In this document: positions 14,311 to 27,197 of the stretch, piece after piece
Numbering within the stretch: the stretch's first letter is position 1
Layout of the letters: every line of letters starts with the position of its first letter
DNA from: Camelus ferus
Taxonomy: Eukaryota
Assembly (NCBI RefSeq): GCF_009834535.1
Contig: NC_045696.1
Span: forward strand, 53,260,001 to 53,324,000
DNA: 64,000 nt
Reading direction: 5' to 3'
The notes under the pieces: generated by a model
What the model saw: the letters and a program-made list of their open reading frames with translations, nothing else
What the model was told of the DNA's origin: nothing
Databases searched by the model: none
Translations under genes and position numbers: made by a program

Positions 14311-16829
14311 AAACTCTATTTGATACATAAAGTCTTCATGTTATTCCTTAGGGGCCAAAACCAAAAATTTTTCTTGTATAGGTGATGATGTTGCCTATGG
14401 TTCTGTCTACTGATTTACCTAAAATCTAAATGCTAAGTTTGGGTCTGACCATGTATCACGCTACATTTCAATCTCTTTAACTTATTCTTTTCAGCCTTAT
14501 CCTGGGAAATGTCTTTATCGATAGACTAAGAGTAAAAACCATTATAGCAGGACACACTAAACAAATTGATAAAGTCAACAAACTTATCTGTATATTGGTT
14601 TCTTTATCCTTAATACAAGAGCTAAAAATTATCTTTTTTGAAAAAAGTATCCTTTAAGCTCACAGGAGGGGGAAAAAGCATAGTATCTCAGTTTGGCTAG
14701 TGTTTTCTAATTTTATCTTCATTATTCTTCTTTGGTGATACCCCTACTATTCCTTTTCTCTTCTTCCAGAATCCACCAACGCTGTAGTCATAATAGATTT
14801 CCAGCTTATTGGCTCTATCTCCTTTATCTTCTTTATGTGTGGCATCTCTGGCAGTCAAATAATCTTCCAAAGGCATTCTGTGACACAATTCCTCAATGTA
14901 CGTTCTATTTCTCTTTATCACCCATCTAGGTATCTATCTATAAATCCATCTAGCTTTCCATTGTGCTTTTGTTGCAGACGCAGCTACCTAAAATATAACG
15001 CAACAATTGACTTACTATCTCTTGGAAGCGAAAGAAACCTCCTGTCTGATTCTTCTCTTCTGGCTCCAACAGAAATCCCTGCAGAGCCATGGACAGAAGG
15101 GAGAGACTCTCCTTCTGTTCCTCTCTCTAATTTTCTGCTCAAAATCATGCCCAGTTTTAGCAAATAAATCATGGACTTAAAACCAGCAGCTTTATATCTG
15201 CTCACTCCAACATGTCTGAATATGTTTGAGAAATGTGTGTGTTCAGAAGTGAAAAAAAACTAGGAGTTAGGAGGCTTTTCTCTGATTTCTGGGATTTGCA
15301 AGAGAAAGAGGGGGTTGGAAGAAAGAACAGTGGCACAAAGAAATCAAGGCAGTATTATTCAGTAGAAAATGTATTTAAGTGTTCTCAATCTGTAAAGATG
15401 CAGTTATTAATCTATGATTTTGGGGAAAACAAACCTGGCTCCATAAAATTATTTCCTTATCTAATAATTCAAGTATGTTACATGTGTTCTGAGAAGTAAT
15501 TTCAAGGCACAGTTTCACTTTATTTTTTGTTCTTCCTCATGCTGGAGACAGAAATGATTTTCAAGTCAGGCTTAATTAAGCAGTTAGAATTTTTAAATCT
15601 GCAAGAGGCTGTTTAGTGTTACTGGTTTATTTCCCACTCCCAGCAGCTTCCCCTCCTGTGTCACAGTCTTGGTGCAAGAAGCAGAAACAGATACAACTTA
15701 TCTTTCTAGAGGTTTTCAAAATTGAACAGCATGTCCCCTTACATTGTGGTGTATATCTGTTGATCACTTAGGGACTTTGGAAGAAAAGTGTATGGGGAGC
15801 AAAGAGAGAATGGAACCAAAACTTTTTTTTTTTTTTTCAATTTTAACCAGCAAGAGTGACAGGATAATACAGCCTTATTCAAAGACTGAGAGTACAGTCT
15901 TGCTAAGTAACAGACTGTAGATTGCATTGTGTTTTGACCATCCAAGAATTCTGCCCTTTAGTATTCCTAGGGAATGACTACCCACAAGCCCCTTGGACTG
16001 GTGGAGTGGGAGAAGTAAATACAATGACCGAATTCTTCCAAATTTTTTCCCAAATAGCAGCTGTGGGTGGAGAAGGATTCCTATTAACATGCTGAAAGGT
16101 CACTGATATATAATCTGTGACAAGTAGAGTCTACAAGAGACAGCATGTCACATACTGGGAATAGTATTGATGGAGAGCAAATTCTTAGCAGATATTATGA
16201 AAACACTATATTATGAAAGGGCTGTGCAGAACCACACAGGACCATGACCATTCTTTCAATATCCATTTGATTGAGAAATTACATAGTGATGAGAATTGCT
16301 ATAAATTCAGAAATATTTTAAATGAATTTCAATTTTACTAACCATCACATATAGTAGTTACACTGGGAAATAATAGTAATACTTACATGAGTTGAGCCTG
16401 CTCTTTATTCTACTTAAAGATGTTTCTTGATATGCATATGTTTTTGAGACTCAGCAATATTTCTCTGGCTCTCCAGGTATTTTGAACCACCAGACCACTG
16501 GACCAGCTCAGCCTTGGGGCAGAGATTCAGGGATCTCCACTGTGGCTAGCTGTGCATGAGGCAGGCAGTGTTATGAAGCAGCCTACAGCTCAGAAAAGAA
16601 ACAAATGATCTGTGGAGAAGTCCAGTCCTGCTCTGGGAAGGCCTAGAGAGATTGGGCCATTAGAATATCTCAGAAAACCAAAAGCCAGCGGGGAAGCCAA
16701 CAGCTTGCTGCATCTACAGCCATAAGTCAAGTAAGCACTGAGCCCGACAGCTCAGGAAAATGACCCACTTCTTGCCAACTCAGACAAAAAGACTTCACTT
16801 AGGCCCAGGGAGAGTGTCTCTAATAAGGC

Positions 16830-17410
16830 CATCCGTTAGCTGCGTCGCCTGAGTCCCTCTCAGCAATTCTTCATTCCCTCCCTTCTTACCTCCCACCCTG
16901 AAGCCAGCCATTAATGCAGCGGAGACTGACGAAAATGAAGCTGTTGGGCCCAGTAAATATTACTGAGCTCCACAAGGAAACGCAGCCCCATTATTTAGGT
17001 TCCCGTGTCTAAGGCACACTTTGATCACATCCATTTAGCAGAGAGGTGAAGGGAGAGAGCAGGCTGGCTGTGCAGCAGCCCTCGGTCATCCATCCCCTTG
17101 AACAGACGAAGCCAGGAGACAGAGAGCAAAAGAGCGAGCTTGGCCACAGACCCCGAGGGCCTGAGCCCAGAGCGCACAGGACAGGAGGGACCACACTACC
17201 ACGTGGAGGGGGCTCTGGGCAAATGTTCAGGGGTCTTGGAATTTATACAAGAGGAAAGTAAATTGTCTGCTGATTTACAAGACCATACCTCTTCCCCAAA
17301 ATGGTTTCTTGAGAAAGCTGTCCACCCCGAAGGGTTTGGGAGGTATTCCCAATACTGTCCTGAGATTTATGCATTTCACTGGATGAGTCACTTGCAATGT
17401 GACTGGGCCT
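16830..17410. promoter_or_regulatory. Candidate enhancer (CpG-retaining unique DNA)
   Basis: About 13 CpGs in 16830-17210 against a depleted background, plus a forkhead-like GTAAATA, an E-box CACGTG and an AP-1 TGAGTCA. Confidence 0.3.
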
Positions 17411-19883
17411 CATTCCTTATACATATATTCATAATAAAAATATTCCTGCTGAACCTTGCAATGAAGGCTTTATAAAGTGAATGAAAAAATTACAATACAA
17501 GTATAAAATTATAATTTTAGAACTTACAAAGATAGATAGCAAGCAAAATATTTCCTTGATCCAAAGCTATCCTGACAGAACTGGCAATTGGATCCTAATT
17601 GGTATTTCTCTCCTCCCCAGTGAAAAGCTTTCCTAAAGAAAAATGGTGAGGATTCACCCAGATTTCCACTACCTAGAGCAGCTCAAGTGGACGAGGACAG
17701 GTATATCCTCCAGTTCAGTCTCTTCTTTGTAACAGACCAGTGGTTCCACATATTAATTCCATGCTCACATATTGTAGAGACCATGGCACTCTGTCAAGAA
17801 GAAAGAAATGTGTTCTGAAACGAAGGCTCTGATAACTGTGACCCAATAGTGGAACAAAAGAGGTCCACTTGTGATGGTAATTGCCAGCAGCATTCTCAAT
17901 AATGTGTTCAGTTTGTTTATCATGGCACATTTTCAGAAAAATGTTTCTTTCCAAATGAGCATGCCTAGGCTAGCATTAGGCAAAATTGTATATAAGTAAC
18001 TTTTTTCCCCTGTAATTCACTACCCCTCTGTAAGTATACTCATTTTATCTGCTCCTTCTTCTATTACCTAGTTCTCAGCCTTCACCTTTCTAAGCCCCTA
18101 AAATAAATTTTTCCCCAACAGTTATTTTTAACAGCAATCACCTCTAAAAACTCCTCCTTACATAATCCAGTTTATGTAAAGACCCCCTCCATTCTGCGAA
18201 CTTTCTACAACAGGCAGGACAGCACATCAATGCTTAATGTATTGCCTGACATATCAGAGGTACTTCATAACTTTTCGTGGGCTGTTGAATACATACCTCT
18301 CACTAAAAATATGAATACTATTCAATTTATAAGCCTGAATGGCTATCATGTTTTACCATGTGTTTGCTATGATAAAATATAACAGCCATTTGAACTTAAC
18401 AGGTCTGTTTTTTTTTTTTTCTTAAAGTGATTCTTCTAAAATGCCTTTCATCCATGAAACACAGTAGGAGATAAATGAGTAGTTGTGGGATAAAATGAAT
18501 ATTTATATGGATGGATGGTTAGATGGACAGCCAATAGCACCGTAGGGAGAAAGCTGACACTTTGGTAACAACAATCTCCCAGTGTTTCCATTAGAATATA
18601 CAAGATGGGAAGGATGCATTTACGAGTTAGTCATATATATATTTGTCGATCTATCAAGTAAACGTACAATTTTTCTAAATCTGAGAATTGAGAATTCTGA
18701 ACTATTTTGACATCTGGCTCTCAGTGGTCCTAAGTTCTAAGTTATATATACTCTGAGTTAGTTTTTGTTTTTACCTTCATTTTTTCATGAACTCTAGAAT
18801 TAATGTGTGCCCATGAACACTGAAAATAAAACAATTAAAGAGGCGTTCTTAGTCTCATGCAAATGCCTGGTTTCATCTTGAGAGACAGTAAATAGTAAGT
18901 GAAGGGCTAAGCTGTCTCTGGCTTGAAACAAGTAAACTACAGAAGTCATGCCTCTTGTAGAAGAGATATTTGAGAGAAAAAAATAATATTTTGAGAAAAT
19001 TTCCAAATGTCATCATATGTCATTAAAGTTTAAAACATACGTGAAAGATATGCATCATTTTGCTTATTTCACATTTAAAACACTGAAGAAGTAGACTTTA
19101 AAGGGACTGGCTAACCTGGCACCAAAGGATTGAATATGTGTCTATAAATAGACAAATTTTGGCATATAGGCAGAGTATAACATAACTAATCTCTAATGGA
19201 TTTTCCTTTCCTTTTTTTTTTTTTTGATTTGTAATTCAATGTCTATTATATCTGAGATAAAAACAAATAAAACTAGAAAAATATGCCATCTTGACTCTCC
19301 TTGAATTTGAAGAGTGCTGAATTATTCCACACTAGTAAAAACTATATCAACAGATATCCAGCAACATATCAGTGATTCAGGGCATCTTCTTGATCCGAAC
19401 ATGGCCCAGAGTAAGTGCTTGTGAAGTGTACAGAGAGGTTAATCAAAAATGTTACAGTCACTAACTCTGCAAGCGAATAATCTGTATGTGCAGACTGGCA
19501 CAAGCATACCCAGAGCACAACAGATTTAACAACTGGATGCACAGAGCAATCTTTTACACAGTGTGTGATATTTGGGTTGTTATCTCTTCTATCATTGTGA
19601 GAAGCAAGTGTGAAATGATGGAAGTGTTAAAACAGCCAAAAGAATTTAAGGGCTGGCATCACTTGAAAGTGGGTGAAAGGTCACTAAATGACAGGACTAG
19701 GGTAATACCTATGAAGGAGTGAGATCAGGGGCAAAGCAGATATCAAACTTCCCAAGAATAATTGTGAACAGGTCATAAATAATTTTTACCTTGTTAAATG
19801 TGGCATGGTTAATAACATATGTGTTCTCTCATTGGCTGTGCTAAGTCAGCTTGGTCTGCCTATCTAGTAGGTTGTTCTTATGC

Positions 19884-20730
19884 AGTTCAACAAAGATATT
19901 GAGCTACTGTTATGTGCCACATCCTGAGGACCTAAGGACCAATAAGAGCCTCAGAGAGTCAAGAGTAAATTGAGAAGAAACAGATGAGTAAATGGTTCAA
20001 CATAATATACTTATAACCACAGAAAAACAGATAAGATACAAAGGTATACAGAAAAGGGGTAAGTAGTGATGTGCCTGGGGTTGGAAGGGACGTTCATAAT
20101 CAGGGAAGCTTTCTTAGTAAGTGAAAGCCAATTGAACATTCAGACATGAAGAAGAATTCACAGGCAACAGAAACTACAGGAAAACACTGTGAAACAACAT
20201 GGAGTCCAAGAGAAAATAAGTGAGTCACATGAGCTAAGAGGTGGGTTGGGGAACTATGGGAGAGAAAACTGAGCAGGGAGGCATGGGTCTGTATGACATG
20301 CTTGTAATCATCCAAAATGAAGACAAGACAAAGGATATTAAGCAGGTGAACGAGAAGGTCAGATGTAGGCTTTATAAAGAGTTCTCTAACAGCAGTTAGG
20401 AGAAATGAATTTTGGTATGAGTCTAGGGGATGGAGAACATTAGGGATCCTAATATAGTAGTCCTGATGATTGCTGATAAGGACCTAAAATAAGGCAATGG
20501 TGTTGATGGTACCTAAAGGTGGATGTCCATATGATGCTGAAGCAGAATGAACAGAAATGTACACTCGGATGTTATTGGTGGGGACGGCAGATAATGGAAG
20601 GCAAAGAGCAAAATGTGACTTTTCTGCTTCTGAATGATTTTCTCCTGGAGAAGGAGAAGACAGTCACAAGCTAAGTAATAGCATCCAGGATGAAGATCAA
20701 GGACAGAGGGTAAAGTCATCAACTTACAGT
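19884..20730 (-). mobile_element. L2 LINE 3' portion
   Basis: Starts with the reverse L2 terminus 'ttcaacaaagatattgagctactgttatgtgcca' and continues with purine-rich L2-like blocks ('cagggaagctttc', 'ttaagcagg...gtcagatgtaggctttataaag'). Confidence 0.65.
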
Positions 20731-21146
20731 GTTATTAAGACTCCAAGATGGTACTAGATATTTACAGTTAATATGATATAAGCAGCTTGTCTTTTAAAGA
20801 AAAGCCAAAAACAAGGCAGCCTCCTTTTGCTTGAGCACATTGTTCTAATGTCCTTCCCTACTTCTATGGTAGGACCAAAGAATTACAGATGGGCACGATT
20901 TATCATAGTTCCCTCATAATATATCCCAATTATAGTTCATAGTATTTATTGTAACAGCAGAAAGATTTCACTTCAGGACTAGCTCTTTTACACTAAAGTT
21001 CAATAAAATAAAACAGAATTATTGGTTAAGAAAGGAAATGAGAGCAAGAGGCAGCCATAAACTTTCTATGGTTCTAAAATCTAGGAATACAGCTTTGTGT
21101 GGTCTACCCTATCCCAACTCATTTCGTCTTGAATAAGGAAGTCCTA

Positions 21147-21348
21147 TTACTATATACAAAACAGATAAACAGCAAGGACCTACTGTATAGCACAGTGAAC
21201 TATATTTGATATCTTGTAATAACACATAATGGAAAATAATCTGAAAAGAAAATATATATTTATGTACATATACATATAATTGAATCACTTTACTATGCAC
21301 CTGAAACTAACATTGTAAATCAACTACACTTCAATAAACAATTTTTAA
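21147..21348 (+). mobile_element. 5'-truncated L1 3' UTR with TSD
   Basis: 'aacagataaacagcaaggacctactgtatagcacag...ttgtaaatcaactacacttcaataaa'. The flanks 'aaggaagtccta' (21135-21146) and 'aaagaagtccta' (21349-21360) match at 11/12. Confidence 0.85.
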
Positions 21349-21981
21349 AAAGAAGTCCTAGAAAACCCCAAAGCCTGAGCTAATATGTCCTTATATCAAA
21401 AAGAATCTGACTCAAGCATAATCTACTACCTCTAGTCTCATTTCCCATTTTCTCATTTCCTTCTTATTCTTCATCTCCTTCAGGTTAAAATAATATATAG
21501 GGCAGCTCACAGGAAAAAAAGGAAGGAGGGGTGAAGAAAAATATAATACCGTTATGAAGGTGCAAACATCAAACTCTAATGAAACAAAATGCTTCTTAAT
21601 TTCACAAAAATAATTATATTATTTATTTTAATCATAGGTCCGCATGTACTCTCAGAGTACCCTCATAAGACTCATTCTGTAATAGGATACTGAAAAATGA
21701 AATTATCTAACCTACTGAATGTAACAGAAGGAAACGGCTTTCCAGAAGAAGCTGAAGTTAGAGTAGTCTGAAGTAGGACCATAAATAAAAAACTCTCATC
21801 CCTCAGTTTGAGGGAATTCGATCTTCTGAAGAATATTTTCCCTTTCTCTCTCACATGAGCTCATTTCTTCAGTGTGTTTTAATCATATGTTTATTTTTTT
21901 CTTTAGTATTTGGAGTTTTCATTCTGTGCCCAGCACATGTCTAAGTTTCCATATTGGACTATTTTGGAGTAAAATTCTTTT

Positions 21982-22080
21982 CTTTATTTATTCAACAAAT
22001 ATTTATAGACAGACTGTCATACACCAGGATTTGTGCTAGACCCTGGGGAAACAACAGCATGTGAATGCAGACACACTCCT
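21982..22080 (-). mobile_element. L2 3' terminus
   Basis: 'ttattcaacaaatatttatagacag...ccaggatttgtgctagaccctgggga'. Confidence 0.6.
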
Positions 22081-23559
22081 TATATACCTCAAAGGGGAGG
22101 CGGGTAGGGAGAGGTGAAGGGAAGGGATTATCCTTAGACAGAAGGTGCACACCATACCCTCCTGCCTCCACTTCAACAGGAAATGGGGTGTTGAAGGGAT
22201 ACATGAGGGTGTAGTAGGATTAGAACATTTAAAATCAGGAAGTGGAGAATGGTCCCATATGCAAAAATCTACTTAACAGATGATCACTGGCTGAGTGAGC
22301 TGGGGAGGGCAGGGTCAGAATCTTTTATTCACGTGTACATTATGGGCAACTGGTAGCACAAAACTAGTGCTTCTGAAATGGTGACTGTGTAGAGAGTTTT
22401 TTTAATGGGAATGAAGGAATGACGAATTAAATGAATGATTCTGTTGTACTTGTACCTAAAGGACCTGACTGGTCAAAAGTTCATAAGGGCTGCAGAAGTG
22501 TCTTTCAAAGCAGATATGACTAGGTCTGTAAGCTGGGAGTCATCCCTGGGTGTAGTGGAAGAAACGTCCAGAAGTTTTTACTGTCCAGACTTCATAGCTG
22601 CAGGGAAATAGATGAGTTGGAGAAGAGAGCTATAAAGCAACACTTATAATACACGATAATAGGATCATTGTTTTCTGCATGTCTCTTGTTCTATTTTCTG
22701 AAAGCAGGCACATTTTGAGTGAAAACAGGTTTTATGTCCCAATAATAAAGAGGTATAACTATAAAAATATATGTCGTATCAGCAGGCATGTCTCTAAATA
22801 GAATGTTTTGCCAAGTTTCCCAAGAGGCATCTGAGGCCCTTTAAATTATAGGGTATATGAGCTTCCCTGCAGGGCAGCCTTTGAACTACAACTCATTGTC
22901 AGTCTAAAGCAGGGGCAGGAAATGAACCTTTCGGAAATGAAGAGTGTGTTCTTCGCTCAGCATTTCTAGGTTTCTCCCTTAAAATGGATGCATGCCATTG
23001 CCAAGCAAGAAAAGAGATGCATAGTCACTATGGGTCAAGTGAAGCTTAGTCATTTTAATTGCCTTCATTTAGGGCAAAAAAAAAATTCTCACATCTTAAC
23101 CTAAACCTTCACATTTCTCTCTGCCAAGTCTGACTTAGGGCAAAGCAATCAAAAACTGCCAGCACTCACTTAAATGGACAGAGCAATGTAATAAGTAATT
23201 CAGAAGAGCAGATCATTCAAAGATCACCTCTATTTCGGTTTATAATAACATTTTCAGCTGATTTTCTATCTTAATTATATTTTGCTTAGGTTAATATTAA
23301 AAGTAACTTACAACCCTTCAGAATAAACTAACTGGGCAGCAGAGGCCTGGAAATATCCACTCTTCAGAAGGAGCCAACTTGGGTTGTTCAATAATACACC
23401 GAGGATAATTCCCAAAGAGAATAAGCCCAAATAGAGTATATTTAGTGTGTGCTCTAACCTTCAAGGAACGCTCTCACTCTTGGTGATGGTACTAAATAAA
23501 TCTCACAGGGCTTTCTCCTTTAGGTTGGGCCTGTGAAGAAAATTCTGATTCACAAAAAT

Positions 23560-23785
23560 AGTTGTGCACTGTTATTCAAAACAGTAAAAAAGTGGAGGCA
23601 ATTTAATGCCCGACAATAAAGGACTAGTTAAACAAATTATAATACATCAATAAGATGGGTTCTCGTACTATTAAAATAGCATTTATAGAGAATTTTAATG
23701 ACTTGCGAAACAGCTTATCATATACCATAAAAGGGAAGAAAAATCAGGTTATAAAACTGACTCCACAGTATTATCACCACTATGC
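23560..23785 (+). mobile_element. Old L1M (L1MC/ME-like) fragment
   Basis: 'gcactgttattcaaaacagtaaaaaagtggaggcaatttaatgcccgacaataaaggactagttaaacaaattat' resembles the L1 ORF2-end/3' UTR block. Confidence 0.55.
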
Positions 23786-24010
23786 GGTTAAGGGCACAAC
23801 TGCTGGAATCCGGCTGTGTACATTTTGTTCCTGATTGTATTAGCTATTAAATATTTAACCTAGAGTAAATTACTTCACCTTTCTAAGCCTCAGTTTCTTT
23901 ATTTGTAAAATACAGATAATAACAGTACCTATCTTGTAGTGTTGTTACGAGGATGAAGAGATGCTTAATACATTTATAAAATGCCTGAAACATAGTAAGC
24001 ACAATTAAGA
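23786..24010 (+). mobile_element. MIR SINE
   Basis: Core 'aagcctcagtttctttatttgtaaaatacagataataacagtacctatcttgtagtgttgttacgaggat' and tail 'tgcctgaaacatagtaagcac'. Confidence 0.75.
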
Positions 24011-24039
24011 ATGCTATTTTTATTTGTTTCAAATCAACA

Positions 24040-24408
24040 TAACTTTGCTCATGCTGTTTATTCTACTTAGAAATGCTTCCCCTTTTAAATTGTAACCTCT
24101 TAGCTCTTCACTTTCCCTCTAAGGTCCAGCTCACATGTCACCCATACAGAGAATGGAGCATTTTCCCATGACCTTCCTGCTCTAGACAGAATTAATCACC
24201 CCTTCCTTTTTAATGCCAGGACATTTTGTAATAAACTCGACCCCAGCATCTATGCTTCAGGATGGTAATCAGTGTGTATCTCTTTCCCCATCAGAACGTG
24301 GGCTTGTCAAGATTAGAGGCATGTCTCCTTCCCCCACGCATCCTCAGAGCCTAGCCAAGTGCCTGGCACACAAGAAGTACTCAATTCACGTCGGACTAAT
24401 GAATGAAG
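24040..24408 (+). mobile_element. L2 3' fragment
   Basis: Terminus 'cagagcctagccaagtgcctggcacacaagaagtactcaattcacgtcggactaatgaatgaa'. Confidence 0.7.
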
Positions 24409-24639
24409 GGATGCAAGCTAAGTTGCGAGAGGGAAGCAGGCAGGAAGGAAAGGTGAAACAGCACTTTCTTTCCCTGTGACTTCCAAAGGACACCTGAGGT
24501 GTCTTGTTTTTGGAAGAATGAGGAACATCTTCAGTCTGTACTTCAGGACTCCAAAGCTTTAATATTTCTATTCTCTTTCTATTGTTGCATTTCCTAAAAT
24601 ATAACACTTGTCCTGATAACTCAAAAGGTGGTAATACAG

Positions 24640-24842
24640 AATCAAAAATGACCTTAGGAGTCAAAAGCCTGAGTTCTATCGCTGACACTCAAATCGTATG
24701 ACCTTGAACAAATAACTTAACTTCTTTGAAGGTAAAATAGGGATGACAATATATACCCTGCCCCTGTCTACTTCACAGGGTTATTTTAACTGCCAATTAG
24801 AGAATGCATGTGAGAGCATTTGGAAAGGCAGCATACAAATAT
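24640..24842 (+). mobile_element. MIR (MIRc-like) SINE
   Basis: 'ggagtcaaaagcctgagttcta...tgaccttgaacaaataacttaac...cttcacagggttatt'. Confidence 0.6.
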
Positions 24843-25272
24843 ATCATCATTGGTTCTTTTGCTGGTAAAGCTTAGCTCATTCTGAAGTTCACAGTTAATA
24901 TCAACATTTTACGTATTTACAGTAGAATGTAATTTTTTGACAAGATTAAAGATGACCTTTCAGTATTTCCCTTTGCCTCATTTTACAGAGAATTTGTTGG
25001 AAAGATGGACAGGTTTAAAATTGTTAAATAGAATTCCTACGGAACACATTCAAAATGAGGAATGTGATTCACATTAATATTTAAATATACACTCTTCTTT
25101 GTTCTATTTATAAAGCATCAATTAGCAATAATATTTAAATTCCCACATAATTCCAATTTGACAGCATCTTTCTCCCATCTCATAGACAAACTGAGGCACA
25201 GCTGGGCCTAAGTGTGTTACTGCAGATTACCACATATGATCTGGCAAAGGAGTTGAAAATTCCTTTCTAACC

Positions 25273-25484
25273 CAGAGCTGCAAATAGAACTTTCTGTGAT
25301 AATAGAAATGCTTGATAATATGCACAATTCAGCATGGTAGCCACTAGTCATATGTGACTTTTTAGCACTTGAAATTTGATTTATATGACTAAGGAGCTTA
25401 GTTTTTAATTTAGTTTAATTTTAATTAATTTAAATTTAAATAGCTATATGCGACTAGTGGTACTTACTACACTACACAGTGCAG
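25273..25484 (+). mobile_element. MER3 non-autonomous hAT-Charlie DNA transposon
   Basis: Follows the MER3 consensus ('aatagaactttctg', 'atggtagccactagtcatatgtgac', 'ttaattttaattaatttaaatttaaatagc', ending in 'cagtgcag'). 8-bp TSD ttctaacc (25265-25272) / ttttaacc (25485-25492). Confidence 0.88.
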
Positions 25485-26694
25485 TTTTAACCAGTCACTG
25501 TATTTAGCGTTAGATTTGCTCACTTGTCAAATGGACACTTAAAAAAGAGTAACAATTTATTACTTTACAATGTAAAAGAAAACTCCCTCACAGACTGTCA
25601 GCATGGCCAGCGTCTCTTCATTGCTGAAGAACACTACGATCAGAGGTTGGGTTAGGGGGCATAGAATCAGACTAAGAAGGATGATTAAAAGATTCAAACA
25701 CTTAATGGCATCCAGTTACAATAACCTGGCCAACACAAAAAACCGGTCTTATTGCTAGAATACTTAGTCCACCAGCCAAGGTTTTCCTTAGATATTGCTT
25801 TGGCGGGTATCGCTGCCCTCGCTCTGGTGACGCTCCTTTCCCTGGCCATCTCCCTTTCTGATTGACAAGTCCATCCTTCTCTTTTTCTCCAAACTCAAAC
25901 TTGATGTGTACTGGCAGAGAGAAGAGTTTGTCCCATCTCTTTGGCTTTGCTTCCCCGTAACTCTCAGTCCAACACACAGATCTCCCCTTTTATCAGCCAG
26001 AGAAATGCTGGGAGGCAACAGAAGGAGCAGAATATTTATTTTAACCCTTCTGATAAGGAAAGAACTCAACCTGTCTGGGAACAGCCATTGCTGCTTTTCC
26101 TTCAGATATACCATCAAGAGCATCTTAAGGTCAGACTGTAAATCATGTAAAGTATCTTTATCTTTTCAAGGCAGTTTTTCGCCTATATTATAATCAAGGA
26201 CAAGAGAGGTCACAGAATTCCGACATTTCAAGTCCTTGCAGTGGTAGGTGGGAGTGAAACTTTTAGCTATTTAAACTGCTCTCACAGAATTAAGCCAGGT
26301 TCTGGGAGGGGCTCATTCTCAGCCAAGATGAGGTCCTTGCCTTCCCAACTTGGTATGTAAGAGATTCTGATATTCATTAAAATGACAAGCTGACAGAGTG
26401 AGGCATAGGCAACCTTAACCCACTCATCAGCTGTCCAATCCTGAAAGCTCTGGACTATTTCAATCCTCTAGGCTTTCTGTATATATAGCTTTTCAGACAC
26501 AAGCCTCAAATCTGCCCAGCAAGATCCCTGGTTATTCCAGAGCTGACCTTTGGAGTAGTGATTCTATTTACTGAATTATGAAGAAGTTTCCCAGTGAGAA
26601 AGAAGAATGTCTCAAGATAACTGAGTACCGATGGACGACAGTCCAAGGTCTTCATTTCATGGATTTTCACAACTTTGAGTTTACTTAGTTTATT

Positions 26695-26775
26695 TACCAA
26701 CACCCTTATTACATAGATGGGAAATTTGGGGTCAGAGAGGTGAAGTGATTTGACCAAGAACATACAAATAGTGTC
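26695..26775 (-). mobile_element. MIR core fragment
   Basis: 'atagatgggaaatttggggtcagagaggtgaagtgatttgaccaagaacatacaaatagt'. Confidence 0.6.
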
Positions 26776-27197
26776 TAAGCAAAAAATGCTCATAGCTGTA
26801 ACTTAAAATAATGATGATGGTGATGATGATAAATTGTGTTTTTTTTAAATTTTCACAGATTAACTAGATTACTGGAATAAGTAAACTATAAGGTTAGAAC
26901 ATCAAATTATGGTACTGAAGTACATCAGCTTAGGTGCACTTTAAAAGATAAGATCTATTCAAGCCAGTAAGGGTTAGGCTAGTCATTTACAGAATTAGTA
27001 GGTGCTAGTCTAAAGCTACTGACAACTATCTTTCCAAAAATCATGGTATGATTTCTAAGACCAGAGGGCCCTGGAAATTATAAAGCCAACTAAACAGCCT
27101 CAAACAGGTTCCCACAATCTCCATTTCCCCTGGTTGGATCTATTTTACTCCTTCTCATAGGACACAGTAATATTGCCTTGGCTATCAAGGATTAATA

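Noticed and set aside
25788..26008. Minus-strand terminal exon (ISLADKRGDLCVG...RQSNI*)
   Set aside because: An acceptor-like site exists, but the peptide is unrecognisable, several overlapping frames are open because of composition, and its phase does not fit the 34-kb candidate.
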